Below are positions 52,301 through 62,000 of a stretch of 64,000 bases of DNA, in pieces. The notes beneath the pieces are model-generated. The model worked only from the letters and a program-made list of their open reading frames with translations. It was not told the DNA's origin and did no database searches. Each line of letters begins with the position of its first letter. Position 1 is the first letter of the stretch. The translations under genes were made by a program, and so were the position numbers. Origin of the DNA: a virus (taxonomy: Duplodnaviria > Heunggongvirae > Uroviricota > Caudoviricetes); the IMG/VR virus record IMGVR_UViG_3300008108_000013; one strand, 5' to 3'.

Positions 52301-54069
52301 CGCTAGGGTACTTAATTGGGCATAACTTCGGATATATCGGATCTGGGACTGACAGTTCAAATGATAGAAGTTTAGTAGTACAGGCAAACGAAGTTGTAGA
52401 AATTGACAACGGCAAAATATATTACGACAGTGTAGATCATAAAGGCGATTATAGAGTCGGAGACATCTTCTATGTTAATCAAGAAACCGGCGATGTAGTA
52501 TTCAATGCTGAAGCAATTGATTTTTTACCGTCGGGCAGTATAGTACTTGAAGGTGCCGGTGGCACCACTACTATAAATGCACAATACATACAGACTGGAA
52601 ATTTAAGGATTTACGATAATAACATTGACAGTTTAATTGGTCCAGTGAATTGGTCTGCTTTTAGTGGAACAACTACTTTAGAAACGAATGTTAATATTAC
52701 AGGCGACTTAGATATTACTGGTGATTTTACTATCGACGGTACACTATATCTAGGTAATAATTCTAGCGATACAATTACGTTTAATTCTGAAATTAGCCAA
52801 GACATAATTCCAAATACGACAGGATTAACACTAGGAGAATCATCGACTCGTTGGGATACTCTTTATGCAAGCCTATTAAATGTCGACGGTGTTATCGAAA
52901 TTAATTCGAACAGCATTTCTATTCTAACAACAGACACTAATCTAGTGCTAACTGCATCTGGAACAGGTATTATTAGCGTAGATTCTGATGTAGAAATTGA
53001 TAACAAATTAACCGTCGGAACAGGACTAACAGTAAACGGAGATTCGTCATTTAAAGATGTTGATGTATTAGGAACAATAACACAAACAGGCGATATTGAT
53101 CAAACAGGCGACTTTAATACTATAGGAAATGTAATAGCTAACAATTATATTGTTTCTGGATTAAGCAGTTATTTTGAAGTTCCCAACATTAAAATTGAAA
53201 ATAATGAAATTTCTGTCACAGCTACAAACGACGACCTAGAACTGTTAGCCAACGGCACGGGTGGTGTAGGACTTGATAATTATCTAAAACTTACCGGAAC
53301 TACAATTTCTAATGTATTTTCACCAGCTACTACAAATCAACAAAAAAGCATTGTTATCAGTCCTAGCGGAAGCGGAAATCTAGTTATAGATTCTGTAACA
53401 GCACTACAAATACCTGCAGGAAATAACACTAACAGAGTACTGTCGTCAAACGGAGAAATACGATTTAACAATAGTTTTAGCGGTTACGAAGGGTTTGATA
53501 GAACTGGTAATGTATCTTTAAGCGGACTCTATAGCCAACTACGAGATACCTATATTACACCGGAACTAACTATCGGTGCTAATGATAACACTTTAAGGTT
53601 TGGAATTAATAGTGTAGTTCGTGCTACAATTGATTCAGCAAAACTATATACACCTACAGTAGATGTTGATAACATTAGAATTTCTGGAAGTACTATAAAC
53701 AATACTAGTTTAACAGAAAACTTAATATTTTCTGTTTCTGGTACTGGAAAATTAAATGTTAATTCTACAGCTATAAAAGACAGCACTATTGAAAACTTGT
53801 TAAACACACCTTTGACTATACAATCTACCGGAGACGGATATGTTAGATTTATGGGGTCAGGTGCAGTAGTTATACCTTATGGAACTAATACTGAAAGAAG
53901 AGTATCTCCAGAAGTTGGTGAAATCAGAAATAACAATCAAAATCCAGCCGCATGGACTATGGAAGTTTATGACGGAGTTGACTGGATATCAGCTGTAGGC
54001 ACGCAAGGTGCCGCATCTCTAGAAGACATAGAAGACACTATCAATCTTTACAGCATTATCCTCGGCTAA
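49384..54069 (+). CDS. Large fibre/adhesin-like virion protein with beta-helix (pectin-lyase-like) and LamG/ConA-like domains (1561 aa)
   Basis: YVSVNGND.N.GD...TI.HAL...PGTY.E, DFCLEAW...WQHVAVVR...GYIDEFRLS and IP.G...GEIR modules; paralog of 54191..58252. Confidence 0.7.
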   Translation: MSELGRISGPLLKANLERHGVDLAFETDLIYLSVVAEDEGTKQVGIGITTDAPQRELHIGNDIVSEHRKLQTTNLIVDNGAELADLYLSDNKIQNLLDEIIISPNPGSTPTVETTRIGTLNLRISDKLIENITSNSDINLNPNGTGEVIFNTSEVDIDGNMHATGDITYDGNIIFGNSDSDNVSFNSDVSSDLIPNIDDTYNLGSVSKQWKTLHVTDLKADNLVVDNLIVNGIDLLLTQGKIWYVSVNGNDTNTGDHLHDTFLTIKHALSQATAGDEILIFPGTYQEEWPLEIPQGVTVKGSGIRAVTVIPTLETNTESCFLLNGETTVEFLTVKDFYSPGYAFELAPGYSSSTKSPYIYNVTVITQETPGSPISIIPGPAPTGVSLTSNSVTLDKSFYSQALVDSLVGQTAVIDRYPLQPLYYTVVSIETEPLSPTQWRMTVDTTFAPTGQLKPISFYSNADAIEIVTNDIWDTTGNSIGEKWVAWYKYNLPINFETTVQPGWTINVAGTLYIVDYIIEDPVNTTQWRIYVTTSLVGGTGIPIFSSPVGDPIIAGGGAFIDGGVANSTTQLPPTALFFSTTFIVPGGQGLVATNGARIEWLNSFTYFAETGIRLETGTLGVGGSGNTIVTLGDITGTITPGDTFTYYDQSGSTILATGIVEAVDGNIITLDGYVGNLDLISEITAGTFTPVGTARLTQLNYKFETASLYLDGASYVTGSDNIQFSLDDGDFCLEAWLYPTAFPTTECTLFSQWGLTSVEQAYKVTLTSTGGIKVYLNDGSATELTTGIEYLLSESGDIITDELGNPIISEDETLITGAWQHVAVVRYNDVLNIYVGGISKASVSLVSGAVINDGTGPFNFGHTTGDTEYYTGYIDEFRLSRNNAIFTGEFTPPTAEYATVDSTTAILMHFDGTESSTVFTNVSTPIQKIVLTSAVADRITGLDYKAFAAEMRSINSANVYGTYGAVAEGRDTLGYLIGHNFGYIGSGTDSSNDRSLVVQANEVVEIDNGKIYYDSVDHKGDYRVGDIFYVNQETGDVVFNAEAIDFLPSGSIVLEGAGGTTTINAQYIQTGNLRIYDNNIDSLIGPVNWSAFSGTTTLETNVNITGDLDITGDFTIDGTLYLGNNSSDTITFNSEISQDIIPNTTGLTLGESSTRWDTLYASLLNVDGVIEINSNSISILTTDTNLVLTASGTGIISVDSDVEIDNKLTVGTGLTVNGDSSFKDVDVLGTITQTGDIDQTGDFNTIGNVIANNYIVSGLSSYFEVPNIKIENNEISVTATNDDLELLANGTGGVGLDNYLKLTGTTISNVFSPATTNQQKSIVISPSGSGNLVIDSVTALQIPAGNNTNRVLSSNGEIRFNNSFSGYEGFDRTGNVSLSGLYSQLRDTYITPELTIGANDNTLRFGINSVVRATIDSAKLYTPTVDVDNIRISGSTINNTSLTENLIFSVSGTGKLNVNSTAIKDSTIENLLNTPLTIQSTGDGYVRFMGSGAVVIPYGTNTERRVSPEVGEIRNNNQNPAAWTMEVYDGVDWISAVGTQGAASLEDIEDTINLYSIILG

Positions 54070-54082
54070 AATACCCAAACCG

Positions 54083-54185
54083 CTAAATACTATTACTGCA
54101 AAGAGCCGACCAAGCTCTTGCGATATCAAACTGTGGTAAACCCGCAACGTAAGGTGGTTAACCGTGAAACACGGGGTATGAGGAG
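54083..54185 (+). promoter_or_regulatory. Late promoter (CTAAATA) plus structured 5' leader
   Basis: Hairpins AAGAGC/GCTCTT, TGTGG/CCGCA and CCGTG/CACGG. The closing helix ATATC/GGTAT abuts the GAGGAG SD. Confidence 0.6.
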
Positions 54186-54190
54186 AGCTG

Positions 54191-57100
54191 ATGGCTATTG
54201 GTCGTATTTCTGGTCCGCTCTTAAAGGCAAATCTGCTTCGTGACGGAGTTGATCTGGCTTTTGAGACTGACCTGCTTTATCTAGATGTTGTTAATGGCAA
54301 AGTTGGCATCAAAACGATTCCAAACGCTCTATCCGATTACGACCTCGGTGTTAACGGCACCACAAGAACTACAGATTTAGAAGTCATCAACCAAGCCGAC
54401 ATAGCTGAATTTAGCATAGTTGGCAATACCATATCAAGTACAAACGGAACAATAGTTTTAGAGCCAGCAGGCGCAAATCCTGTTGTCTATCAAGCTAAGT
54501 TAGTCTTAGACGATTTACAGATTAGCGGAAACACTATCGAAGTTACTGCAACTGACGAAGATTTAGATTTTAATACAGTTGGTACAGGCAAAGTCAATAT
54601 TAATAGTAATTTACAAGTTAATGGTGATGTTCACGTAACCGGTAATATTACAGCAGACGGCGACATTCAAATTGGTGATGCTGATACTGATAATATTACA
54701 TTTAATGCCGATATTAATAGTAATATTATCCCAGATCAAACAAACACATACGATTTAGGTAGCGATCCTTCGGTAGAATACACACCGGGCGAATTTGGAA
54801 AAGCCTGGAAAACAGCATGGATCAACGATGTAAATGCACAAACTGTTACTACAAATAACGTAATAGTTAACGGCATAGATCTAGCACAGCCTCAAGGTAA
54901 TATATATTATGTGGCTACTAATGGTAGCGACACTAATGCCGGCGAACACGAGCACGATCCAGTAGCAACATTAAAATATGCACTTAGCTTAACCAACGCT
55001 GGAGATACTGTTTACATCTATCCAGGAACTTATACAGAAATATTTCCGTTAACAGTACCTGCCGGCGTCTCTATTCGGGGGTCTGGTATACGTGCAGTAA
55101 CAATACAACCTACCGCAGGTACCGTTACAAAAGATGCGTTTTGGCTTAACGGCGAAACAACCGTTGAAGATTTAACAGTTGCTAATTTTAGATTTAATTC
55201 TGTTGACAATACAGGTTACGCTTTTAAATTTGCACCAGGATTTACAGTAACTAGCAGAAGCCCTTACATTAGAAATTGTACAGTAATATCTAAAGGATCG
55301 ACTACATCTGTAAGCGATCCATACGGTTTTGACAGCGACGATGCAGGTAAAGGCGCATACATTAACGGTGCAGACTCTGACCCAACAAGTAGAGAAGCAT
55401 CGATGTTATTTCATTCAGTAACATTCTTTACTCCCAATCAAGAGTGTATTGTAGCAACCAATGGTGCTAGAATTGAGTGGTTAAACAGTTTTACTTACTT
55501 TGCTGAAAAAGGAATTTATGGATATTCAAGTCCAGAAGGACTTGGCGGTGACGGAAAAACACGTTTAAGAATAGCTACTCAAACAGGTAGTTGGAATGTA
55601 GGTGACACTCTAACATATTATGATACAGATGGAACAACAGTCCTAGCGAGCGGAACTATTGATGATATAGACGGGGAAACTGTTAGCATCGATGGTCGTC
55701 AGCTAGGCTTTGAAACCATTACCGATCGTGAAGGTAAAACAGTTTATGCACAGGGCAACGCTAAACTATCAACAGCACAGAAAAAATTTGGCACTGCAAG
55801 TTTAGTATTAGACGGTACAGGCGATTTTATTAATATTGTTAGTCAAGCAGATTTTGCCTACGGAACCGGTGATTTTACAATAGAATTCTTCTGGAGACCT
55901 ACTACATTAGGAACACAGCAGATATTACTAGACACTCGAACAGCTACAAATGACACAGCAATATATCTTGAAATGAATACTGCTGGTAACATACGATTAT
56001 TTGTCAGCAACGCATATAGATTAACATCTAGTGTAGCCTGTACCGCTGGAACATTTAATCATATAGTATTATTCAGAATAGGCGGAGTTACAAAAATTGC
56101 AGTTAACGGCACAGTTACTCCTACAACATGGTCAGATTCTACTAACTATCCAGCAAGACCTTTTAGATTAGGTGCAGGTTGGACCGGCGGTTCACCATGT
56201 ACCGGATACTTTGACGAAGTTAGAATTGTCAAAGGAGTAGCAAAATATAGCACTTCTGTTACAGTACCAACGCAGCCGCTCACTGGCGACTTATCTACCG
56301 TACTGTTACTGCACTTTAACGGTGCAAATAATTCAACAACATTTATCGACGACGGTGTCACTTATCAAGATTTAAGAACAACTTCAGGCGGTACATCGAC
56401 CCTAATCAACTTCGCTGATTATTCAGATTTTGGTGTTGAAATTCGTTCAATTGGATCTGCTTGTGTTTACGGAACATATGGTGCCTATGGTGATGGTCCG
56501 GGAGTCATAGGCTACCTAATCAGTCAAAACTTTGCCTACGTAGGGTCAGGCAAATTATCAACTAACGATCCAACTGATCGTATCGCGGCAAACGAAGTAG
56601 TCGAACTAAATGGTGCTAGATTCTATCATACTAGCGTAGATAACGAAGGTAACTTTAGTGTTGGTGATGCGTTTTTTGTAAATCAACGAACTGGTGAAGT
56701 ACTGTTCAACAGTCAAACATTAAATGTTACAGTTCCAGCAGGTGTTACATTTACAGACGGAGTTTATAGTACAACTATTACTTCAACTGAAATTAGTACA
56801 GGAAATATTTTAATCAGCGGAAATACAGTATCAAGTGTAACCGGTGATGTTAATATTGTAGCAGCCAGCGGGGAAATTAATCTTCAAAATAATACTAATG
56901 TTACAGGTAATCTTGATGTTACTGGCGATGTAACTATTGGTGGAAATATTATCGTTGGGGATCAAAATACTGATACTATTAATTTTGTTGGCGGTATCAA
57001 CAGTAACCTGATTCCAGCAACTACTCAAACATATGATTTAGGAGCACCTAGCGATCGTTGGGATAACATCTATGTTAGCCGAGCAGAAATAGACGGCGTA

Positions 57101-58252
57101 GTAATTGATAATAATACTATCGAAACAACAATAGGCAATGACAATCTAACAATTTCTGCCAACGGTACTGGTATTGTATCGATTCCAACTAGCGATGTAA
57201 GTTTAGGACAAGATCTAACAGTTGATGGTGATCTAACAGTAACTACAGGAACAACATCTCTAAAAGGAACACAAATTGTAGGCGATGTAGATATCACCGG
57301 AACTATTAATCAAACCGGTGATATTACTACCAGCGGAACACTAGATGTTACTGGTAATTTAACTGCAACAGGATTCCTACAATTACCACAAATTACTATC
57401 TCCGGAAATACTATCAGTACAACAGCAACTAATACAGATTTAATATTAACTGCTAACGGCACTGGTAATATTATTGTAGAAGGTTTAGAAATAGCTGATA
57501 CTACAATTTCTGTCACAGGCACCGATCAAAGTATTACCCTAACACCGCAAGGAACAGGTAATGTAATAATCAATAGTGATCAAAGCGTACAAATACCTGT
57601 AGGAACAACTGCTGATCGACCTGATCCAGCCGCAGTTGGTATGATTCGATATAATACTGATATAAATCAGTATGAAGGCTGGACTGGCAGTTACTGGCTA
57701 TCATTGGGCGGTGTTAAGGATGTAGACGGAAATACCTATATTTTACCTGAATCTACACCCGGTGCTAATGACGATACATTATATTTTTACGCCAACGGCA
57801 ATTTAACTGTTACTGTTGATGCAGTAAAATTATTTACACAACGATTACAAACTGCAAGTTTAGATATTAACAGCAATACGATTACTACGATCAACAGTAA
57901 TACTAATATAAACTTAAATACCAGCGGTACTGGTGCAGTGGTATTTGAAAACTTTAGCATTAAAGATAATGTAATTACAAATACAACCTCAGGCGCTGTA
58001 ACAGAATTCACACAATCAGGTACCGGATATGTAAAAATTGCAGGAACTAACGGTGTAGTAATACCAGCAGGCGATACAGCAAATGACAGACCGTTATCTC
58101 CCGTAACTGGCATGATAAGATTTAATACATCATTGCAATTGGTAGAAGTATATAATGGATCTATTTGGGCCTCAGTGGCAGGTGTTAATGCAGGTATTAC
58201 AATTTTCCAAGCTGAAGAGATCGGTATCGTTTCAGCACTAATTTTCGGATAA
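54191..58252 (+). CDS. Large fibre/adhesin-like virion protein with beta-helix and LamG-like domains (1353 aa)
   Basis: The N-terminus GRISGPLLKANL.R.GVDLAFETDL is nearly identical to 49384..54069, and the domain order is the same. Confidence 0.7.
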   Translation: MAIGRISGPLLKANLLRDGVDLAFETDLLYLDVVNGKVGIKTIPNALSDYDLGVNGTTRTTDLEVINQADIAEFSIVGNTISSTNGTIVLEPAGANPVVYQAKLVLDDLQISGNTIEVTATDEDLDFNTVGTGKVNINSNLQVNGDVHVTGNITADGDIQIGDADTDNITFNADINSNIIPDQTNTYDLGSDPSVEYTPGEFGKAWKTAWINDVNAQTVTTNNVIVNGIDLAQPQGNIYYVATNGSDTNAGEHEHDPVATLKYALSLTNAGDTVYIYPGTYTEIFPLTVPAGVSIRGSGIRAVTIQPTAGTVTKDAFWLNGETTVEDLTVANFRFNSVDNTGYAFKFAPGFTVTSRSPYIRNCTVISKGSTTSVSDPYGFDSDDAGKGAYINGADSDPTSREASMLFHSVTFFTPNQECIVATNGARIEWLNSFTYFAEKGIYGYSSPEGLGGDGKTRLRIATQTGSWNVGDTLTYYDTDGTTVLASGTIDDIDGETVSIDGRQLGFETITDREGKTVYAQGNAKLSTAQKKFGTASLVLDGTGDFINIVSQADFAYGTGDFTIEFFWRPTTLGTQQILLDTRTATNDTAIYLEMNTAGNIRLFVSNAYRLTSSVACTAGTFNHIVLFRIGGVTKIAVNGTVTPTTWSDSTNYPARPFRLGAGWTGGSPCTGYFDEVRIVKGVAKYSTSVTVPTQPLTGDLSTVLLLHFNGANNSTTFIDDGVTYQDLRTTSGGTSTLINFADYSDFGVEIRSIGSACVYGTYGAYGDGPGVIGYLISQNFAYVGSGKLSTNDPTDRIAANEVVELNGARFYHTSVDNEGNFSVGDAFFVNQRTGEVLFNSQTLNVTVPAGVTFTDGVYSTTITSTEISTGNILISGNTVSSVTGDVNIVAASGEINLQNNTNVTGNLDVTGDVTIGGNIIVGDQNTDTINFVGGINSNLIPATTQTYDLGAPSDRWDNIYVSRAEIDGVVIDNNTIETTIGNDNLTISANGTGIVSIPTSDVSLGQDLTVDGDLTVTTGTTSLKGTQIVGDVDITGTINQTGDITTSGTLDVTGNLTATGFLQLPQITISGNTISTTATNTDLILTANGTGNIIVEGLEIADTTISVTGTDQSITLTPQGTGNVIINSDQSVQIPVGTTADRPDPAAVGMIRYNTDINQYEGWTGSYWLSLGGVKDVDGNTYILPESTPGANDDTLYFYANGNLTVTVDAVKLFTQRLQTASLDINSNTITTINSNTNINLNTSGTGAVVFENFSIKDNVITNTTSGAVTEFTQSGTGYVKIAGTNGVVIPAGDTANDRPLSPVTGMIRFNTSLQLVEVYNGSIWASVAGVNAGITIFQAEEIGIVSALIFG

Positions 58253-58256
58253 AAAA

Positions 58257-58598
58257 ATGGCAACATTATTTAAAAATAAACTAGAAGCAGGAATAGGAAC
58301 TACAGAAATTGAAGTTATTGACATAGGTGCTCTTGCACGAGCAACTGTTATCGGTATGAGTTTTTCAAATCAAACAGCAGATGTTGTATTAGTTAGCATA
58401 CGCATAGAGAATACCGCAGAAGCACCGCCAAATAATAGTGCATACTTTGTTAAGAATATAATAGTTCCGCCTAACCAGAGTTTAAGAGTTATTAATGGCG
58501 GCGAAAAATTAGTATTATCAGGGAACATGAAAGTGCATGTTCAAGCCAGCATTGATGATAGTCTTGATATGGTGGCTAGCTACGTTGAAATTGTTTAA
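58257..58598 (+). CDS. Small beta-rich virion protein (113 aa)
   Basis: VPPNQSLRVINGGEKLVL; paralog of 48513..48818. Confidence 0.6.
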   Translation: MATLFKNKLEAGIGTTEIEVIDIGALARATVIGMSFSNQTADVVLVSIRIENTAEAPPNNSAYFVKNIIVPPNQSLRVINGGEKLVLSGNMKVHVQASIDDSLDMVASYVEIV

Positions 58599-58609
58599 GG
58601 AGAATAGAA

Positions 58610-58978
58610 ATGAGTGGAACACATTATGTAGGGGCAATAGGAGATAATTCTGTATTAGGTTCTCCGGATCAACGCTATTTCTATGCTCTAAGAACAGACG
58701 AAGATGGAAATATCTATTTTACAAGAATTGATACTTGGACTAGCAATGACCCTATAGAAATTAATAATCCCGGGGATGCAAACGACGACTGGGAATACTT
58801 TGAATTAGGCGTTGATTTCTTTGATGGTAAAAACCCAGAAACACATGTAAAAGATTATCCAAATTTAGTACACGATCAGTATAGATTTGATCGAAGATCT
58901 CTGTATTACTATATCAACGATGAAGGTGAGCTAGTCGTTAGATATAATCAATCATATAGCTACCCAAGCGATGTTTAA
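58610..58978 (+). CDS. Hypothetical virion protein (122 aa)
   Basis: AGGAG SD; internally repeated YFYALRTDEDG / LYYYINDEG pattern. Confidence 0.6.
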   Translation: MSGTHYVGAIGDNSVLGSPDQRYFYALRTDEDGNIYFTRIDTWTSNDPIEINNPGDANDDWEYFELGVDFFDGKNPETHVKDYPNLVHDQYRFDRRSLYYYINDEGELVVRYNQSYSYPSDV

Positions 58979-58980
58979 AG

Positions 58981-58988
58981 CATAAATA
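58981..58988 (+). promoter_or_regulatory. Late promoter (CATAAATA)
   Basis: Upstream of an AAGGA SD and ATG 59025. Confidence 0.65.
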
Positions 58989-59024
58989 TAAAAATATGCT
59001 TATTTGAGTATAAAAGGATGAAAA

Positions 59025-62000
59025 ATGGCAGAATTTAAACTTGGCAGATTGCGTTTTGTATGGAAGGGTACTTGGACTAGCGGCACCGCATACGTTAAAG
59101 ACGACATTGTTAAATACGGCGGCACTTCTTATGTTTGTATGGCCGGGCATACAGCAAATGCAGACTTTAATGTAGATATTACAGCCAATAAATGGCAGAT
59201 AATGTCAGCTGGTCAGCAATGGGTTTCGACCCCATGGACTGTAAGTACATCATATAAACTAAACGATCTCGTAAAATACGGTGGAAATATCTATGTCTGT
59301 ACAAGCAATCATACATCTAGTTCTGTAACTAACGGCGGCTTTTACACAGACGAAACATCGGGAAAGTGGGACTTATTTTCATCCGGCAACGAATGGAAAG
59401 GTATTTGGTTACCTAGTACATATTACAAATTAGGTGATCTTGTAAAATATAACGGCATCACTTATGTTTGTAGTATTCCTCACCTATCAGAAACTGGCGT
59501 TTATTCAGGCGAGTCTATTGATTACATTAATATCGTCAGCGGCGGCCTCGATTATACTTCCGGGCTTTCTTTAGCATTTAGCGCACCAGAGTTAGTTGGA
59601 GGAACACTGCCATCCGCAACTATTACAGTTAACGGTGCCGGAACTATTACAGGCATTACTTTTAGTAGCTATGGTAGTGGATACACATCAACACCTACAG
59701 TTTCGGTGCAAGGACCTACAGCTGGCGCCGGAGCAAATTTACAGGCTATTATAACATCATCGTTTGTTGACGGCTTAGAATCAGATCTTAACAAGTGGGA
59801 AGTCTTCAGCGAAGGATTTAAATGGAGAGGAGATTGGAACGGTAGTCAAATACCAGCTAGTCGAGTAGCGACATCTTACGCAGTTAATGATGTTGTAAAG
59901 TTTGGAGCTAGCCTTTATATTTGTGCAACAGCACATACTAGTAGCGCATCGGCATTTGAAGAAAACAAATGGGAAACATTTGTTGAAGGTCTACAATTTG
60001 AAGATAGTTGGTCAGCAATCACCGAATATCAAGTTGGAGATATCGTTACATACGGCGGCTATGCCTATGTTGCAATAGCAAGAAACACTAGTCAAATTCC
60101 TCCTAATTCTGCAGGATTTTGGAATCTATTAACTACTGGGTTTAACAACAGATCAAGATACGAAAGTACACAAACATATAAAGTTGGTGATCTAGTATTA
60201 TACGGTGGTAATACCTTTGTAGCAATAGAAGAAGTAACTACTAACGAAACTCCAAATTCAGCAGCCGCAAAATGGGAAAAAATTACCGACGGTTTCCGCT
60301 GGAGAGAGGACTGGGATCCAACACCAACCGAAGCTACCTACAAGATCGGAGACGTTGTTAAGTATAGTGCAAGCACATATCTTTGTATCGCTGAGCACGT
60401 TCCTTCAGATGTGGGAACAACTATAACAGCAACAGCAACATCTAGTACTGGCAATCAAGTAACAGTTAGCGATTCTTCCTTACTAAATGAAAATCAACCA
60501 ATTACATTTACCGGCACCGGATTTGGAAATCTAAATAATGGTGTTACTTACTATGTAAAAACTGTTGTTGACGGAACACATATTACTTTAAGTGAATCCT
60601 TAGGCGGTTCAACAAAGGTATTATTAACTGCTACAGGTTCTTTAACAGGTACCTTTACCTCAAGACCAGATCAGGACACAGGAATTTTTTGGGATTCGTT
60701 TGCCGAAGGCGATGCAAATAACGTTTTACTACGCAGAGGCGACTTAGTTACACGTAATGCAATTCAAAACGTTCGATTAGCAAAAGGACAAACTGGTTCT
60801 TTCTTAAAAGCAGGAGACCAAGATCTAGAGTGGGATTTAGTCGGAAGAATTACCCGAGTATTCTATGTTTCAACAGACGGTGTCGATGCTTCAACTAGAG
60901 GAACTACTTTAAGTGATCCTTGGAGAACAATCAAATATGCTTGTGACTATGTAAGAACACAGGTTGTGCCAACTGTCGACCAACCAGCAGTTATTATGGT
61001 TAAGACTGGTGTTTACTCTGAAGAGTTTCCTATTAGCGTTCCAAAGTATACATCATTAGTAGGTGATGAATTGCGTATGAGTATCGTGCAACCAACTGCC
61101 GATACGTCAGGTAACGATAAGTTCTACATGCGCGATAGCACAACTATCCGTAACTTTACATTCCGCGGTGCTACCGGTGCTAACTTAGACAACGGATTAA
61201 CTGATACTTACACCGATGCAAACCAATATGGAACTCGTCGACCAACAGGCGGTGCTTGGGTTTCTCTAGATCCCGGTACCGGGCCTAATGACGAAAACGT
61301 ATGGGTAGGACAGCGTTCCCCTTATATACAAAACGTTACATTATTCGGTGATTACTGCGTCGGCCAAAAAATTGACGGATCACTGCATAACGGCGGTAAT
61401 AAATCTATTACATCAAACGACTTTACTTGTGTATTGTCAAACTCAGTCGGCGCTTGGTGTTTAAATCAAGGGCGAGCAGAACTTGTTTCTGTATTCACAT
61501 ACTACGGATATATTGGTTATCTTTGTGAAGCAGGCGGTGTTATCCGTGCTACTAACGGTAACAACTCTTACGGTGACTACGGTTCAGTATCGGAAGGTGT
61601 TGACCCAACAGAAATTTCAAGAACATCAAGTGTAGACAATCGCCGATTAAATGCTATCGTTGATCGAGTACAGACTGACGGTGCCGATAAAGTTATCTAC
61701 CTTGAATATTTAAATGCGGGCGAAGAATACACTACAGCCACATACGGCTTTACCGGATCTGGCGTTGGCAACACTATCATTACAACACCAGTTATTCAAG
61801 ATGGCGGTGTGTGTGAAGTTCGAATTCTCGACGATGGCGAAAACTATACGTCTGTAACTAATAATGCGCAGGCAGGTACTAATCTTGACATTCGTCTAGG
61901 TGCGGCAGATATTGCTCTCACAAATGCATACGTTGGTGAAAGAATTATTATCATCGACGGTGCAGGATCAGGCCAATATGCTTATATTACTAGCTTTGAT

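Noticed and set aside
54095-54196. Twister, hammerhead or c-di-GMP-I riboswitch identity for the leader
   Set aside because: The core consensus elements (GGU-nnn-AAGCCC; CUGAUGA...GAAA; GAAA-capped P2 with GCAAA) are not matched. Kept only as an unassigned structure.
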